This document shows positions 24,335 to 38,380 of a DNA stretch of 64,000 nucleotides, piece after piece. The position numbers and the translations under genes were made by a program. Each line of letters begins with the position of its first letter. Within the stretch, counting starts at the first letter, position 1. Source of the DNA: Balanoglossus misakiensis. Its lineage: Eukaryota > Animalia > Hemichordata. The notes under the pieces were generated by a model. That model was not told the DNA's origin, searched no databases, and worked only from the letters and a program-made list of their open reading frames with translations. The stretch is from NCBI GenBank assembly GCA_040954595.2, contig CM082588.2:8850844-8914843 (forward strand), read 5' to 3'.

Positions 24335-27300
24335 GACGTCGCACACTAGCTGCCCTTCCTTCTCTTGTTCCCATGCGTTATATACCACGCCTGCTTAAAG
24401 GACACCGACTTGGCGCGTTGTCTTTCTAATTAGGCGGGGACTTGATCTTGGTCTCGCCGAGGTAACCGGGAGACGTCGCACACTAGCTGCCCTTCCTTCC
24501 CCTGTTCCAATGCGTTATATACCGCGCCTTCTTAAGGACACAGACTTTGCGCATTGTCTCTCTTATTCGGCGGGGACTTGAGCTTGGTCCCGCCGAGGTA
24601 ACAGGGAGACGTCGCACACTAGCTGCCCTTCCTTCTCTTGTTCCCATGCGTTATATACCACGCCTGCTTAAAGGACACCGACTTGGCGCGTTGTCTTTCT
24701 AATTAGGCGGGGACTTGATCTTGGTCTCGCCGAGGTAACCGGGAGACGTCGCACACTAGCTGCCCTTCCTTCCCCTATTCCCATGCGTTATATACCACGC
24801 CTGCTTAAAGGACACCGACTTAGCGCGTTGTCTTTCTAATTCGGCGGGGACTTGAGCTTGGTCCCGCCGAGGTAGCCGGGAGACGTCGCACACTAGCTGC
24901 CCTTCCTTCTCTTGTTCCCATGCGTTATATACCACGCCTGCTTAAAGGACACCGACTTAGCGTGTTGTCTTTCTAATTCGGTGGGGACTTGAGCTTGGTC
25001 CCGCCGAGGTAACCGGGAGATGTCGCACACTAGCTGCCCTTCCTTCCCCTGTTCCCATGCGTTATATACCACGCCTGCTTAAAGGACACCGACTTAGCGC
25101 GTTGTCTTTCTAATTCGGCGGGGACTTGAGCTTGGTCCCGCCGAGGTAACCGGGAGACGTCGCACACTAGCTGCCCTTCCTTCCCCTGTTCCCATGCGTT
25201 ATATATCACGCCTGCTTAAAGGACACCGACTTAGCGCGTTGTCTTTTTAATTCGGCGGAGAATTGAGCTTGGTCCCGCCGAGGTAGTGGGGAGACGTCGC
25301 ACACTAGCTGCCCTTCCTTCCCCTGTTCCAATGCGTTATATACCGCGCCTTCTTAAGGACACAGACTTTGCGCATTGTCTCTCTTATTCGGCGGGGACTT
25401 GAGCTTGGTCCCGCCGAGGTAACCGGGAGACGTCGCACACTAGCTGCCCTTCCTTCTCTTGTTCCCATGCGTTATATACCACGCCTGCTTAAAGGACACC
25501 GACTTAGCGTGTTGTCTTTCTAATTCTGCGGGGACTTGAGCTTGGTCCCGCCGCGGTAGCAGGGAGACGTCGCACACTAGCTGCACTTCCTTCCCCTGTT
25601 CCCATGCGTTATATACCACGCCTGCTTAAAGGACACCGACTTGGCGCGTTGTCTTTCTAATTCGGCGGGGACTTGAGCTTGGTCCCGCCGAGGTAGCCGG
25701 GAGACGTCGCACACTAGCTGCCCTTCCTTCTCTTGTTCCCATGCGTTATATACCACGCCTGCTTAAAGGACACCGACTTGGCGCGTTGTCTTTCTAATTC
25801 GGCGGGGACTTGATCTTGGTCTCGCCGAGGTAACCGGGAGACGTCGCACACTAGCTGCCCTTCCTTTTCCTGTTCCCATGCGTTATATACCACACCTGCT
25901 TAAAGGACACCGACTTAGCGCGTTGTCTTTCTAATTCGGCGGGGACTTGAGCTTGGTCCCGCAGAGGTAACAGGGGAGACGTCGCACACTAGCTGCACTT
26001 CCTTCCCCTGTTCCCATGCGTTATATACCACGCCTGCTTAAAGGACACCGACTTAGCACGTTGTCTTTTTTATTCGGCGGGGACTTGAGCTTGGTCCCGC
26101 CGAGGTAGCCGGGAGACGTCGCACACTAGCTGCCCTTCCTTCTCTTGTTCCCATGCGTTATATACCACGCCTGCTTAAAGGACACCGACTTAGCGTGTTG
26201 TCTTTCTAATTCGGTGGGGACTTGAGCTTGGTCCCGCCGAGGTAACCGGGAGATGTCGCACACTAGCTGCCCTTCCTTCCCCTGTTCCCATGCGTTATAT
26301 ACCACGCCTGCTTAAAGGACACCGACTTAGCGCATTGTCTTTCTAATTCGGCGGGGACTTGAGCTTGGTCCCGCCGAGGTAACAGGGAGACGTCGCACAC
26401 TAGCTGCACTTCCTTTCCCTGTTCCCATGCGTTATATACCACGCCTGCTTAAAGGACACCGACTTAGCACGTTGTCTTTCTAATTCGGCGGGGACTTGAG
26501 CTTGGTCCCGCCGAGGTAACCGGGACACGACGCACACTAGCTGCCCTTCCTTCCCCTATTCCCATGCGTTATATACCACGCCTGCTTAAAGGACACCGAC
26601 TTAGCACGTTGTCTTTCTAATTCGGCGGGGACTTGAGCTTGGTCCCGCCGAGGTAACCGGGAGACGTCGCACACTAGCTGCACTTCCTTCCCCTGTTCCC
26701 ATGCGTTATATACCACGCCTGCTTAAAGGACACCGACTTGGCGCGATGTCTTTCTAATTCGGCGGGGACTTGAGCTTGGTCCCGCCGAGGTAACAGGGGA
26801 GACGTCGCACACTAGCTGCCCTTCCTTCCCCTGTTCCAATGCGTTATATACCGCGCCTTCTTAAGGACACAGACTTTGCGCATTGTCTCTCTTATTCGGC
26901 GGGGACTTGAGCTTGGTCCCGCCGAGGTAACCGGGAGACGTCGCACACTAGCTGCCCTTCCTTTTCCTGTTCCCATGCGTTATATACCACGCCTGCTTAA
27001 AGGACACCGACTTAGCGTGTTGTCTTTCTAATTCTGCGGGGACTTGAGCTTGGTCCCGCCGAGGTAGTGGGGAGACGTCGCACACTAGCTGCCCTTCCTT
27101 CCCCTGTTCCCATGCGTTATATACCACGCCTGCTTAAAGGACACCGACTTAGCGCGTTGTCTTTCTCATTCGGCGGGGACTTGAGCTTGGTCCCGCCGAG
27201 GTAACCGGGAGACGTCGCACACTAGCTGCACTTCCTTCCCCTGTTCCCATGCGTTATATACCACGCCTGCTTAAAGGACACCGACTTAGCACGTTGTCTT

Positions 27301-30300
27301 TCTAATTCGGCGGGGACTTGAGCTTGGTCCCGCCGAGGTAACCGGGACACGACGCACACTAGCTGCCCTTCCTTCCCCTATTCCCATGCGTTATATACCA
27401 CGCCTGCTTAAAGGACACCGACTTAGCGCGTTGTCTTTCTAATTCGGCGGGGACTTGAGCTTGGTCCCGCCGAGGTAACCGGGAGACGTCGCACACTAGC
27501 TGCCCTTCCTTCCCCTGTTCCCATGCGTTATATATCACGCCTGCTTAAAGGACACCGACTTAGCGCGTTGTCTTTTTAATTCGGCGGAGAATTAAGCTTG
27601 GTCCCGCCGAGGTAGTGGGGAGACGTCGCACACTAGCTGCCCTTCCTTCCCCTGTTCCAATGCGTTATATACCGCGCCTTCTTAAGGACACAGACTTTGC
27701 GCATTGTCTCTCTTATTCGGCGGGGACTTGAGCTTGGTCCCGCCGAGGTAACCGGGAGACGTCGCACACTAGCTGCCCTTCCTTTTCCTGTTCCCATGCG
27801 TTATATACCACACCTGCTTAAAGGACACCGACTTAGCGCGATGTCTTTCTAATTCGGCGGGGACTTGAGCTTGGTCCCGCCGAGGTAACAGGGGAGACGT
27901 CGCACACTAGCTGCAGTTCCTTTCCCTGTTCCCATGCGTTATATACCACGCCTGCTTAAAGGACACCGACTTAGCACGTTGTCTTTTTAATTCGGCGGGG
28001 ACTTGAGCTTGGTCCCGCCGAGGTAGCCGGGAGACGTCGCACACTAGCTGCCCTTCCTTCTCTTGTTCCCATGCGTTATATACCACGCCTGCTTAAAGGA
28101 CACCGACTTAGCGTGTTGTCTTTCTAATTCTGCGGGGACTTGAGCTTGGTCCCGCCGCGGTAGCAGGGAGACGTCGCACACTAGCTGCACTTCCTTCCCC
28201 TGTTCCCATGCGTTATATACCACGCCTGCTTAAAGGACACCGACTTGGCGCGTTGTCTTTCTAATTCGGCGGGGACTTGAGCTTGGTCTCGCCGAGGTAA
28301 CCGGGAGACGTCGCACACTAGCTGCCTTTCCTTCCCCTGTTCCCGTGCGTTATATACCACGCCTGCTTAAAGGACACCGACTTAGCGTGTTGTCTTTCTA
28401 ATTCTGCGGGGACTTGAGCTTGGTCCCGTCGCGGTAGCAGGGAGACGTCGCACACTAGCTGCACTTCCTTCCCCTGTTCCCATGCGTTATATACCACGCC
28501 TGCTTAAAGGACACCGACTTGGCGCGTTGTCTTTCTAATTCGGCGGGGACTTGAGCTTGGTCTCGCCGAGGTAGCCGGGAGACGTCGCACACTAGCTGCC
28601 CTTCCTTCTCTTGTTCCCATGCGTTATATACCACGCCTGCTTAAAGGACACCGACTTGGCGCGTTGTCTTTCTAATTAGGCGGGGACTTGATCTTGGTCT
28701 CGCCGAGGTAACCGGGAGACGTCGCACACTAGCTGCCCTTCCTTCCCCTGTTCCAATGCGTTATATACCGCGCCTTCTTAAGGACACAGACTTTGCGCAT
28801 TGTCTCCCTTATTCGGCGGGGACTTGAGCTTGGTCCCGCCGAGGTAACAGGGAGACGTCGCACACTAGCTGCACTTCCTTCCCCTGTTCCCATGCGTTAT
28901 ATACCACGCCTGCTTAAAGGACACCGACATAGCACGTTGTCTTTCTAATTCGGCGGGGACTTGAGCTTGGTCCCGCCGAGGTAACCGGGACACGACGCAC
29001 ACTAGCTGCCCTTCCTTCCCCTATTCCCATGCGTTATATACCACGCCTGCTTAAAGGACACCGACTTAGCGCGTTGTCTTTCTAATTCGGCGGGGACTTG
29101 AGCTTGGTCCCGCCGAGGTAACCGGGAGACGTCGCACACTAGCTGCCCTTCCTTCCCCTGTTCCCATGCGTTATATATCACGCCTGCTTAAAGGACACCG
29201 ACTTAGCGCGTTGTCTTTTTAATTCGGCGGAGAATTGAGCTTGGTCCCGCCGAGGTAGTGGGGAGACGTCGCACACTAGCTGCCCTTCCTTCCCCTGTTC
29301 CAATGCGTTATATACCGCGCCTTCTTAAGGACACAGACTTTGCGCATTGTCTCTCTTATTCGGCGGGGACTTGAGCTTGGTCCCGCCGAGGTAACCGGGA
29401 GACGTCGCACACTAGCTGCCCTTCCTTTTCCTGTTCCCATGCGTTATATACCACACCTGCTTAAAGGACACCGACTTAGCGCGATGTCTTTCTAATTCGG
29501 CGGGGACTTGAGCTTGGTCCCGCCGAGGTAACATGGGGAGAAGTCGCACACTAGCTGCACTTCCTTTCCCTGTTCCCATGCGTTATATACCACGCCTGCT
29601 TAAAGGACACCGACTTAGCACGTTGTCTTTTTAATTCGGCGGGGACTTGAGCTTGGTCCCGCCGAGGTAGCCGGGAGACGTCGCACACTAGCTGCCCTTC
29701 CTTCTCTTGTTCCCATGCGTTATATACCACGCCTGCTTAAAGGACACCGACTTGGCGCGTTGTCTTTCTAATTCGGCGGGGACTTGAGCTTGGTCTCGCC
29801 GAGGTAACCGGGAGACGTCGCACACTAGCTGCCTTTCCTTCCCCTGTTCCCGTGCGTTATATACCACGCCTGCTTAAAGGACACCGACTTAGCGTGTTGT
29901 CTTTCTAATTCTGCGGGGACTTGAGCTTGGTCCCGTCGCGGTAGCAGGGAGACGTCGCACACTAGCTGCATTTCCTTCCCCTGTTCCCATGCGTTATATA
30001 CCACGCCTGCTTAAAGGACACCGACTTGGCGCGTTGTCTTTCTAATTCGGCGGGGACTTGAGCTTGGTCTCGCCGAGGTAGCCGGGAGACGTCGCACACT
30101 AGTTGCCCTTCCTTCTCTTGTTCCCATGCGTTATATACCACGCCTGCTTAAAGGACACCGACTTGGCGCGTTGTCTTTCTAATTAGGCGGGGACTTGATC
30201 TTGGTCTCGCCGAGGTAACCGGGAGACGTCGCACACTAGCTGCCCTTCCTTCTCCTGTTCCAATGCGTTATATACCGCGCCTTCTTAAGGACACAGACTT

Positions 30301-31114
30301 TGCGCATTGTCTCTCTTATTCGGCGGGGACTTGAGCTTGGTCCTGCCGAGGTAACCGGGAGACGTCGCACACTAGCTGCCCTTCCTTTTCCTGTTCCCAT
30401 GCGTTATATACCACACCTGCTTAAAGGACACCGGCTTAGCGCGATGTCTTTCTAATTCGGCGGGGACTTGAGCTTGGTCCCGCCGAGGTAACCGGGAGAT
30501 GTCGCACACTAGCTGCACTTCCTTCCCCTGTTCCCATGCGTTATATACCACGCCTGCTTAAAGGACACCGACTTAGCACGTTGTCTTTTTAATTCGGCGG
30601 GGACTTGAGCTTGGTCCCGCCGAGGTAGCCGGGAGACGTCGCACACTAGCTGCCGTTCCTTCTCTTGTTCCCATGCGTTATATACCACGCCTGCTTAAAG
30701 GACACCGACTTAGCGCGTTGTCTTTCTAATTCGGCGGGGACTTGAGCTTGGTCCCGACGAGGTAACAGGGAGACGTCGCACACTAGCTGCACTTCCTTCC
30801 CCTGTTCCCATGCGTTATATACCACGCCTGCTTAAAGGACACCGACTTAGCACGTTGTCTTTCTAATTCGGCGGGGACTTGAGCTTGGTCCCGTCGAGGT
30901 AACCGGGACACGACGCACACTAGCTGCCCTTCCTTCCCTTATTCCCATGCGTTATATACCACGCCTGCTTAAAGGACACCGACTTAGCGCGTTGTCTTTC
31001 TAATTCGGCGGGGACTTGAGCTTGGTCCCGCCGAGGTAACCGGGAGACGTCGCACACTGGCTGCCCTTCCTTCCCCTGTTCCCATGCGTTATATATCACG
31101 CCTGTTTAAAGGAC

Positions 31115-33360
31115 ACCGACTTAGCGCGTTGTCTTTCTAATTCGGCGGGGACTTGAGCTTGGTCCCGCCGAGGTAGTGGGGAGAAGTCGCACACTAGCTG
31201 CCCTTCCTTCCCCTGTTCCAATGCGTTATCTACCGCGCCTTCTTAAGGACACAGACTTTGCGCATTGTCTCTCTTATTCGGCGGGGACTTGAGCTTGGTC
31301 CCGCCGAGGGAACCGGGAGACGTCGCACACTAGCTGCCCTTCCTTTTCCTGTTCCCATGCGTTATATACCACACCTGCTTAAAGGACACCGACTTAGCGC
31401 GATGTCTTTCTAATTCGGCGGGGACTTGAGCTTGGTCCCGCCGAGGTAACCGGGAGATGTCGCACACTAGCTGCCCTTCCTTCCCCTGTTCCAATGCATT
31501 ATATACCACGCCTGCTTAAAGGACACCAACTTAGCGCCTTGTCTTTATAATTCTGTGGGGACTTGAGCTTGGTTCCGCAGAGGCAGCCAGGACACGACGC
31601 ACACTAGCTGCCCTTCCTTCCCCTGTTCCCATGCGTTATATATCACGCCTGTTTAAAGGACACCGACTTATCGCGTTGTCTTTCTAATTCGGCGGGGACT
31701 TGAGCTTGGTCCCGCCGAGGTAGTGGGGAGACGTCGCACACTAGCTGCCCTTCCTTCCCCTGTTCCCATGCGTTATATCCCACGCCTGCTTAAAGGACAC
31801 CGACTTAGCGCGTTGTCTTTCTAATTCGGCGGGGACTTGAGCTTGGTCCCGCCGAGGTAACAGGGAGACGTCGCACACTAGCTGCACTTCCTTCCCCTGT
31901 TCCCATGCGTTATATACCACGCCTGCTTAAAGGACACCGACTTAGCACGTTGTCTTTCTAATTCGGCGGGGACTTGAGCTTGGTCCCGCCGAGGTAACCG
32001 GGACACGACGCACACTAGCTGCCCTTCCTTCCCCTATTCCCCTGCGTTATATACCACGCCTGCCTAAAGGACACCGACTTAGCGCGTTGTCTTTCTAATT
32101 CGGCGGGGACTTGAGCTTGGTCCCGCCGAGGTAACCGGGAGACGTCGCACACTAGCTGCCCTTCCTTCCCCTGTTCCCATGCGTTATATATCACGCCTGT
32201 TTAAAGGAAACCGACTTAGCGCGTTGTCTTTCTAATTCGGCGGGGACTTGAGCTTGGTCCCGCCGAGGTAGTGGGGAGAAGTCGCACACTAGCTGCCCTT
32301 CCTTCCCCTGTTCCAATGCGTTATCTACCGCGCCTTCTTAAGGACACAGACTTTGCGCATTGTCTCTCTTATTCGGCGGGGACTTGAGCTTGGTCCCGCC
32401 GAGGGAACCGGGAGACGTCGCACACTAGCTGCCCTTCCTTTTCCTGTTCCCATGCGTTATATACCACACCTGCTTAAAGGACACCGACTTAGCGCGATGT
32501 CTTTCTAATTCGGCGGGGACTTGAGCTTGGTCCCGCCGAGGTAACCGGGAGATGTCGCACACTAGCTGCCCTTCCTTCCCCTGTTCCAATGCATTATATA
32601 CCACGCCTGCTTAAAGGACACCAACTTAGCGCCTTGTCTTTATAATTCTGTGGGGACTTGAGCTTGGTTCCGCAGAGGCAGCCAGGACACGACGCACACT
32701 AGCTGCCCTTCCTTCCCCTGTTCCCATGCGTTATATATCACGCCTGTTTAAAGGACACCGACTTATCGCGTTGTCTTTCTAATTCGGCGGGGACTTGAGC
32801 TTGGTCCCGCCGAGGTAGTGGGGAGACGTCGCACACTAGCTGCCCTTCCTTCCCCTGTTCCCATGCGTTATATCCCACGCCTGCTTAAAGGACACCGACT
32901 TAGCGCGTTGTCTTTCTAATTCGGCGGGGACTTGAGCTTGGTCCCGCCGAGGTAACAGGGAGACGTCGCACACTAGCTGCACTTCCTTCCCCTGTTCCCA
33001 TGCGTTATATACCACGCCTGCTTAAAGGACACCGACTTAGCACGTTGTCTTTCTAATTCGGCGGGGACTTGAGCTTGGTCCCGCCGAGGTAACCGGGACA
33101 CGACGCACACTAGCTGCCCTTCCTTCCCCTATTCCCCTGCGTTATATACCACGCCTGCCTAAAGGACACCGACTTAGCGCGTTGTCTTTCTAATTCGGCG
33201 GGGACTTGAGCTTGGTCCCGCCGAGGTAACCGGGAGACGTCGCACACTAGCTGCCCTTCCTTCCCCTGTTCCCATGCGTTATATATCACGCCTGTTTAAA
33301 GGAAACCGACTTAGCGCGTTGTCTTTCTAATTCGGCGGGGACTTGAGCTTGGTCCCGCCG
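31115..33360. repeat. Tandem 8-monomer higher-order repeat, 1095-bp period
   Basis: Markers GAGAAGTCGC, GTTATCTACC, GAGGGAACCGG (31309/32404), GGTTCCGCAGAGGCAG (31573/32668), TATATCCCACG and TGCCTAAAGG each recur at +1095. Confidence 0.88.
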
Positions 33361-36344
33361 AAGCAGTGGGGAGACGTCGCACACTAGCTGCCCTTCCTTC
33401 CCCTGTTCCAATGCGTTATATACCGCGCCTTCTTAAGGACACAGACTTTGCGCATTGTCTTTCTAATTCGGCGGGGACTTGAGCTTTGTCCCGCCGAGGT
33501 AACCGGGAGATGTCGCACACTAGCTGCCCTTCCTTCCCCTGTTCCAATGCATTATACCACGCCTGCTTAAAGGACACCAACTTAGCGCCTTGTCTTTATA
33601 ATTCTGTGGGGACTTGAGCTTGGTTCCGCAGAGGCAGCCAGGACACGACGCACACTAGCTGCCCTTCCTTCCCCTGTTCCCATGCGTTATATATCACGCC
33701 TGTTTAAAGGACACCGACTTATCGCGTTGTCTTTCTAATTCGGCGGGGACTTGAGCTTGGTTCCGCAGAGGCAGCCAGGACACGACGCACACTAGCTGCC
33801 CTTCCTTCCCCTGTTCCCATGCGTTATATACCACGCCTGCTTAAAGGACACCGACTTAGCGCGTTGTCTTTCTAATTCGGCGGGGACTTGAGCTTGGTCC
33901 CGCCGAGGTAACAGGGAGACGTCGCACACTAGCTGCACTTCCTTCCCCTGTTCCCATGCGTTATATACCACGCCTGCTTAAAGGACACCGACTTAGCACG
34001 TTGTCTTTCTAATTCGGCGGGGACTTGAGCTTGGTCCCGCCGAGGTAACCGGGACACGACGCACACTAGCTGCCCTTCCTTCCCCTATTCCCATGCGTTA
34101 TATACCACGCCTGTTTAAAGGACACCGACTTAGCACGTTGTCTTTCTAATTCGGCGGGGACTTGAGCTTGGTCCCGCCGAGGTAACCGGGAGACGTCGCA
34201 CACTAGCTGCCCTTCCTTCCCCTGTTCCCATGCGTTATATATCACGCCTGTTTAAAGGAAACCGACTTAGCGCGTTGTCTTTCTAATTCGGCGGGGATTT
34301 GAGCTTGGTCCCGCCGAAGCAGTGGGGAGACGTCGCACACTAGCTGCCATTCCTTCCCCTGTTCCAATGCGTTATATACCGCGCCTTCTTAAGGACACAG
34401 ACTTTGCGCATTGTCTCTCTTATTCGGCGGGGACTTGAGCTTGGTCCCGCCGAGGTAACCGGGAGACGTCGCACACTAGCTGCCCTTCCTTTTCCTGTTC
34501 CCATGCGTTATATACCACACCTGCTTAAAGGACACCGACTTAGCGCGATGTCTTTCTAATTCGGCGGGGACTTGAGCTTGGTCCCGCCGAGGTAACAGGG
34601 GAGACGTCGCACACTAGCTGCACTTCCTTCCCCTGTTCCCATGCGTTATATACCACGCCTGCTTAAAGGACACCGACTTAGCGTGTTGTCTTTCTAATTC
34701 TGCGGGGACTTGAGCTTGGTCCCGCCGCGGTAGCAGGGAGACGTCGCACACTAGCTGCACTTCCTTCCCCTGTTCCCATGCGTTATATACCACGCCTGCT
34801 TAAAGGACACCGACTTGGCGCGTTGTCTTTCTAATTCGGCGGGGACTTGAGCTTGGTCCCGCCGAGGTAGCCGGGAGACGTCGCACACTAGCTGCCCTTC
34901 CTTCTCTTGTTCCCATGCGTTATATACCACGCCTGCTTAAAGGACACCGACTTGGCGCGTTGTCTTTCTAATTCGGCGGGGACTTGATCTTGGTCTCGCC
35001 GAGGTAACCGGGAGACGTCGCACACTAGCTGCCCTTCCTTTTCCTGTTCCCATGCGTTATATACCACACCTGCTTAAAGGACACCGACTTAGCGCGTTGT
35101 CTTTCTAATTCGGCGGGGACTTGAGCTTGGTCCCGCAGAGGTAACAGGGGAGACGTCGCACACTAGCTGCACTTCCTTCCCCTGTTCCCATGCGTTATAT
35201 ACCACGCCTGCTTAAAGGACACCGACTTAGCACGTTGTCTTTTTAATTCGGCGGGGACTTGAGCTTGGTCCCGCCGAGGTAGCCGGGAGACGTCGCACAC
35301 TAGCTGCCCTTCCTTCTCTTGTTCCCATGCGTTATATACCACGCCTGCTTAAAGGACACCGACTTAGCGTGTTGTCTTTCTAATTCGGCGGGGACTTGAG
35401 CTTGGTCCCGCCGCGGTAACCGGGAGATGTCACACACTAGCTGCCCTTCCTTCCCCTGTTCCCATGCGTTATATACCACGCCTGCTTAAAGGACACCGAC
35501 TTAGCGCGTTGTCTTTCTAATTCGGCGGGGACTTGAGCTTGGTCCCGCCGAGGTAACCGGGAGATGTCGCACACTAGCTGCCCTTCCTTCCCCTGTTCCC
35601 ATGCGTTATATACCACGCCTGCTTAAAGGACACCGACTTAGCACGTTGTCTTTTTAATTCGGCGGGGACTTGAGCTTGGTCCCGCCGAGGTAACCGGGAG
35701 ATGTCGCACACTAGCTGCCCTTCCTTCCCCTGTTCCCATGCGTTATATACCACGCCTGCTTAAAGGACACCGACTTAGCGCGTTGTCTTTCTAATTCGGC
35801 GGGGACTTGAGCTTGGTCCCGCCGAGGTAACAGGGAGACGTCGCACACTAGCTGCACTTCCTTTCCCTGTTCCCATGCGTTATATACCACGCCTGCTTAA
35901 AGGACACCGACTTAGCACGTTGTCTTTCTAATTCGGCGGGGACTTGAGCTTGGTCCCGCCGAGGTAACCGGGACACGACGCACACTAGCTGCCCTTCCTT
36001 CCCCTATTCCCATGCATTATATACCACGCCTGCTTAAAGGACACCGACTTAGCGCGTTGTCTTTCTATATCGGCGGGGACTTGAGCTTGGTCCCGCCGAG
36101 GTAACCGGGAGACGTCGCACACTAGCTGCACTTCCTTCCCCTGTTCCCATGCGTTATATACCACGCCTGCTTAAAGGACACCGACTTGGCGCGATGTCTT
36201 TCTAATTCGGCGGGGACTTGAGCTTGGTCCCGCCGAGGTAACAGGGGAGACGTCGCACACTAGCTGCCCTTCCTTCCCCTGTTCCAATGCGTTATATACC
36301 GCGCCTTCTTAAGGACACAGACTTTGCGCATTGTCTCTCTTATT

Positions 36345-38380
36345 CGGCGGGGACTTGAGCTTGGTCCCGCCGAGGTAACCGGGAGACGTCGCACACTAGC
36401 TGCCCTTCCTTTTCCTGTTCCCATGCGTTATATACCACGCCTGCTTAAAGGACACCGACTTAGCGTGTTGTCTTTCTAATTCTGCGGGGACTTGAGCTTG
36501 GTCCCGCCGCGGTAGCAGGGAGACGTCGCACACTAGCTGCACTTCCTTCCCCTGTTCCCATGCGTTATATACCACGCCTGCTTAAAGGACACCGACTTGG
36601 CGCGTTGTCTTTCTAATTCGGCGGGAACTTGAGCTTGGTCCCGCCGAGGTAGCCGGGAGACGTCGCACACTAGCTGCCCTTCCTTCTCTTGTTCCCATGC
36701 GTTATATACCACGCCTGCTTAAAGGACACCGACTTGGCACATTGTCTTTCTAATTCGGCGGGGACTTGAGCTTGGTCCCGCCGAGGTAACCGGGACACGA
36801 CGCACACTAGCTGCCCTTCCTTCCCCTGTTCCCATGCGTTATATACCACGCCTGCTTAAAGGACACCGACTTAGCGCGTTGTCTTTCTAATTCGGCGGGG
36901 ACTTGAGCTTGGTCCCGCCGAGGTAACAGGGAGACGTCGCACACTAGCTGCACTTCCTTCCCCTGTTCCCATGCGTTATATACCACGCCTGCTGAAAGGA
37001 CACCGACTTGGCGCGTTGTCTTTCTAATTCGGCGGGGACTTGATCTTGGTCCCGCCGAGGTAACAGGGGAGACGTCGCACACTAGCTGCCCTTCCTTCCC
37101 CTGTTCCCATGCGTTATATACCACGCCTTCTTAAGGACACAGAATTTGCGCATTGTCTCTCTTATACGGCGGGGACTTGAGCTTGGTCCCGCCGAGGTAA
37201 CCGGGAGACGTCGCAGACTAGCTGCCTTCCTTTTCCTGTTCCCATGCGTTATATACCACGCCTTCTTAAGGACACAGAATTTGCGCATTGTCTCTCTTAT
37301 ACGGCGGGGACTTGAGCTTGGTCCCGCCGAGGTAACCGGGAGACGTCGCACACTAGCTGCCCTTCCTTTTCCTGTTCCCATGCGTTATATACCACGCCTG
37401 CTTAAAGGACACCGACTTAGCGTGTTGTCTTTCTAATTCTGCGGGGACTTGAGCTTGGTCCCGCCGCGGTAGCAGGGAGACGTCGCACACTAGCTGCACT
37501 TCCTTCCCCTGTTCCCATGCGTTATATACCACGCCTGCTTAAAGGACACCGACTTGGCGCGTTGTCTTTCTAATTCGGCGGGAACTTGAGCTTGGTCCCG
37601 CCGAGGTAGCCGGGAGACGTCGCACACTAGCTGCCCTTCCTTCTCTTGTTCCCATGCGTTATATACCACGCCTGCTTAAAGGACACCGACTTGGCACATT
37701 GTCTTTCTAATTCGGCGGGGACTTGAGCTTGGTCCCGCCGAGGTAACCGGGACACGACGCACACTAGCTGCCCTTCCTTCCCCTGTTCCCATGCGTTATA
37801 TACCACGCCTGCTTAAAGGACACCGACTTAGCGCGTTGTCTTTCTAATTCGGCGGGGACTTGAGCTTGGTCCCGCCGAGGTAACAGGGAGACGTCGCACA
37901 CTAGCTGCACTTCCTTCCCCTGTTCCCATGCGTTATATACCACGCCTGCTGAAAGGACACCGACTTGGCGCGTTGTCTTTCTAATTCGGCGGGGACTTGA
38001 TCTTGGTCCCGCCGAGGTAACAGGGGAGACGTCGCACACTAGCTGCCCTTCCTTCCCCTGTTCCCATGCGTTATATACCACGCCTTCTTAAGGACACAGA
38101 ATTTGCGCATTGTCTCTCTTATACGGCGGGGACTTGAGCTTGGTCCCGCCGAGGTAACCGGGAGACGTCGCAGACTAGCTGCCTTCCTTTTCCTGTTCCC
38201 ATGCGTTATATACCACGCCTTCTTAAGGACACAGAATTTGCGCATTGTCTCTCTTATACGGCGGGGACTTGAGCTTGGTCCCGCCGAGGTAACCGGGAGA
38301 CGTCGCACACTAGCTGCCCTTCCTTTTCCTGTTCCCATGCGTTATATACCACGCCTGCTTAAAGGACACCGACTTAGCGC
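36345..38380. repeat. Tandem 7-monomer higher-order repeat, 957-bp period
   Basis: Identical ORF-track translations at +957 (36807/37764, 37082/38039). Markers CGGGAACTTG, GCTGAAAGG, AGAATTTGCG and CGCAGACTAG are duplicated. Confidence 0.9.
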
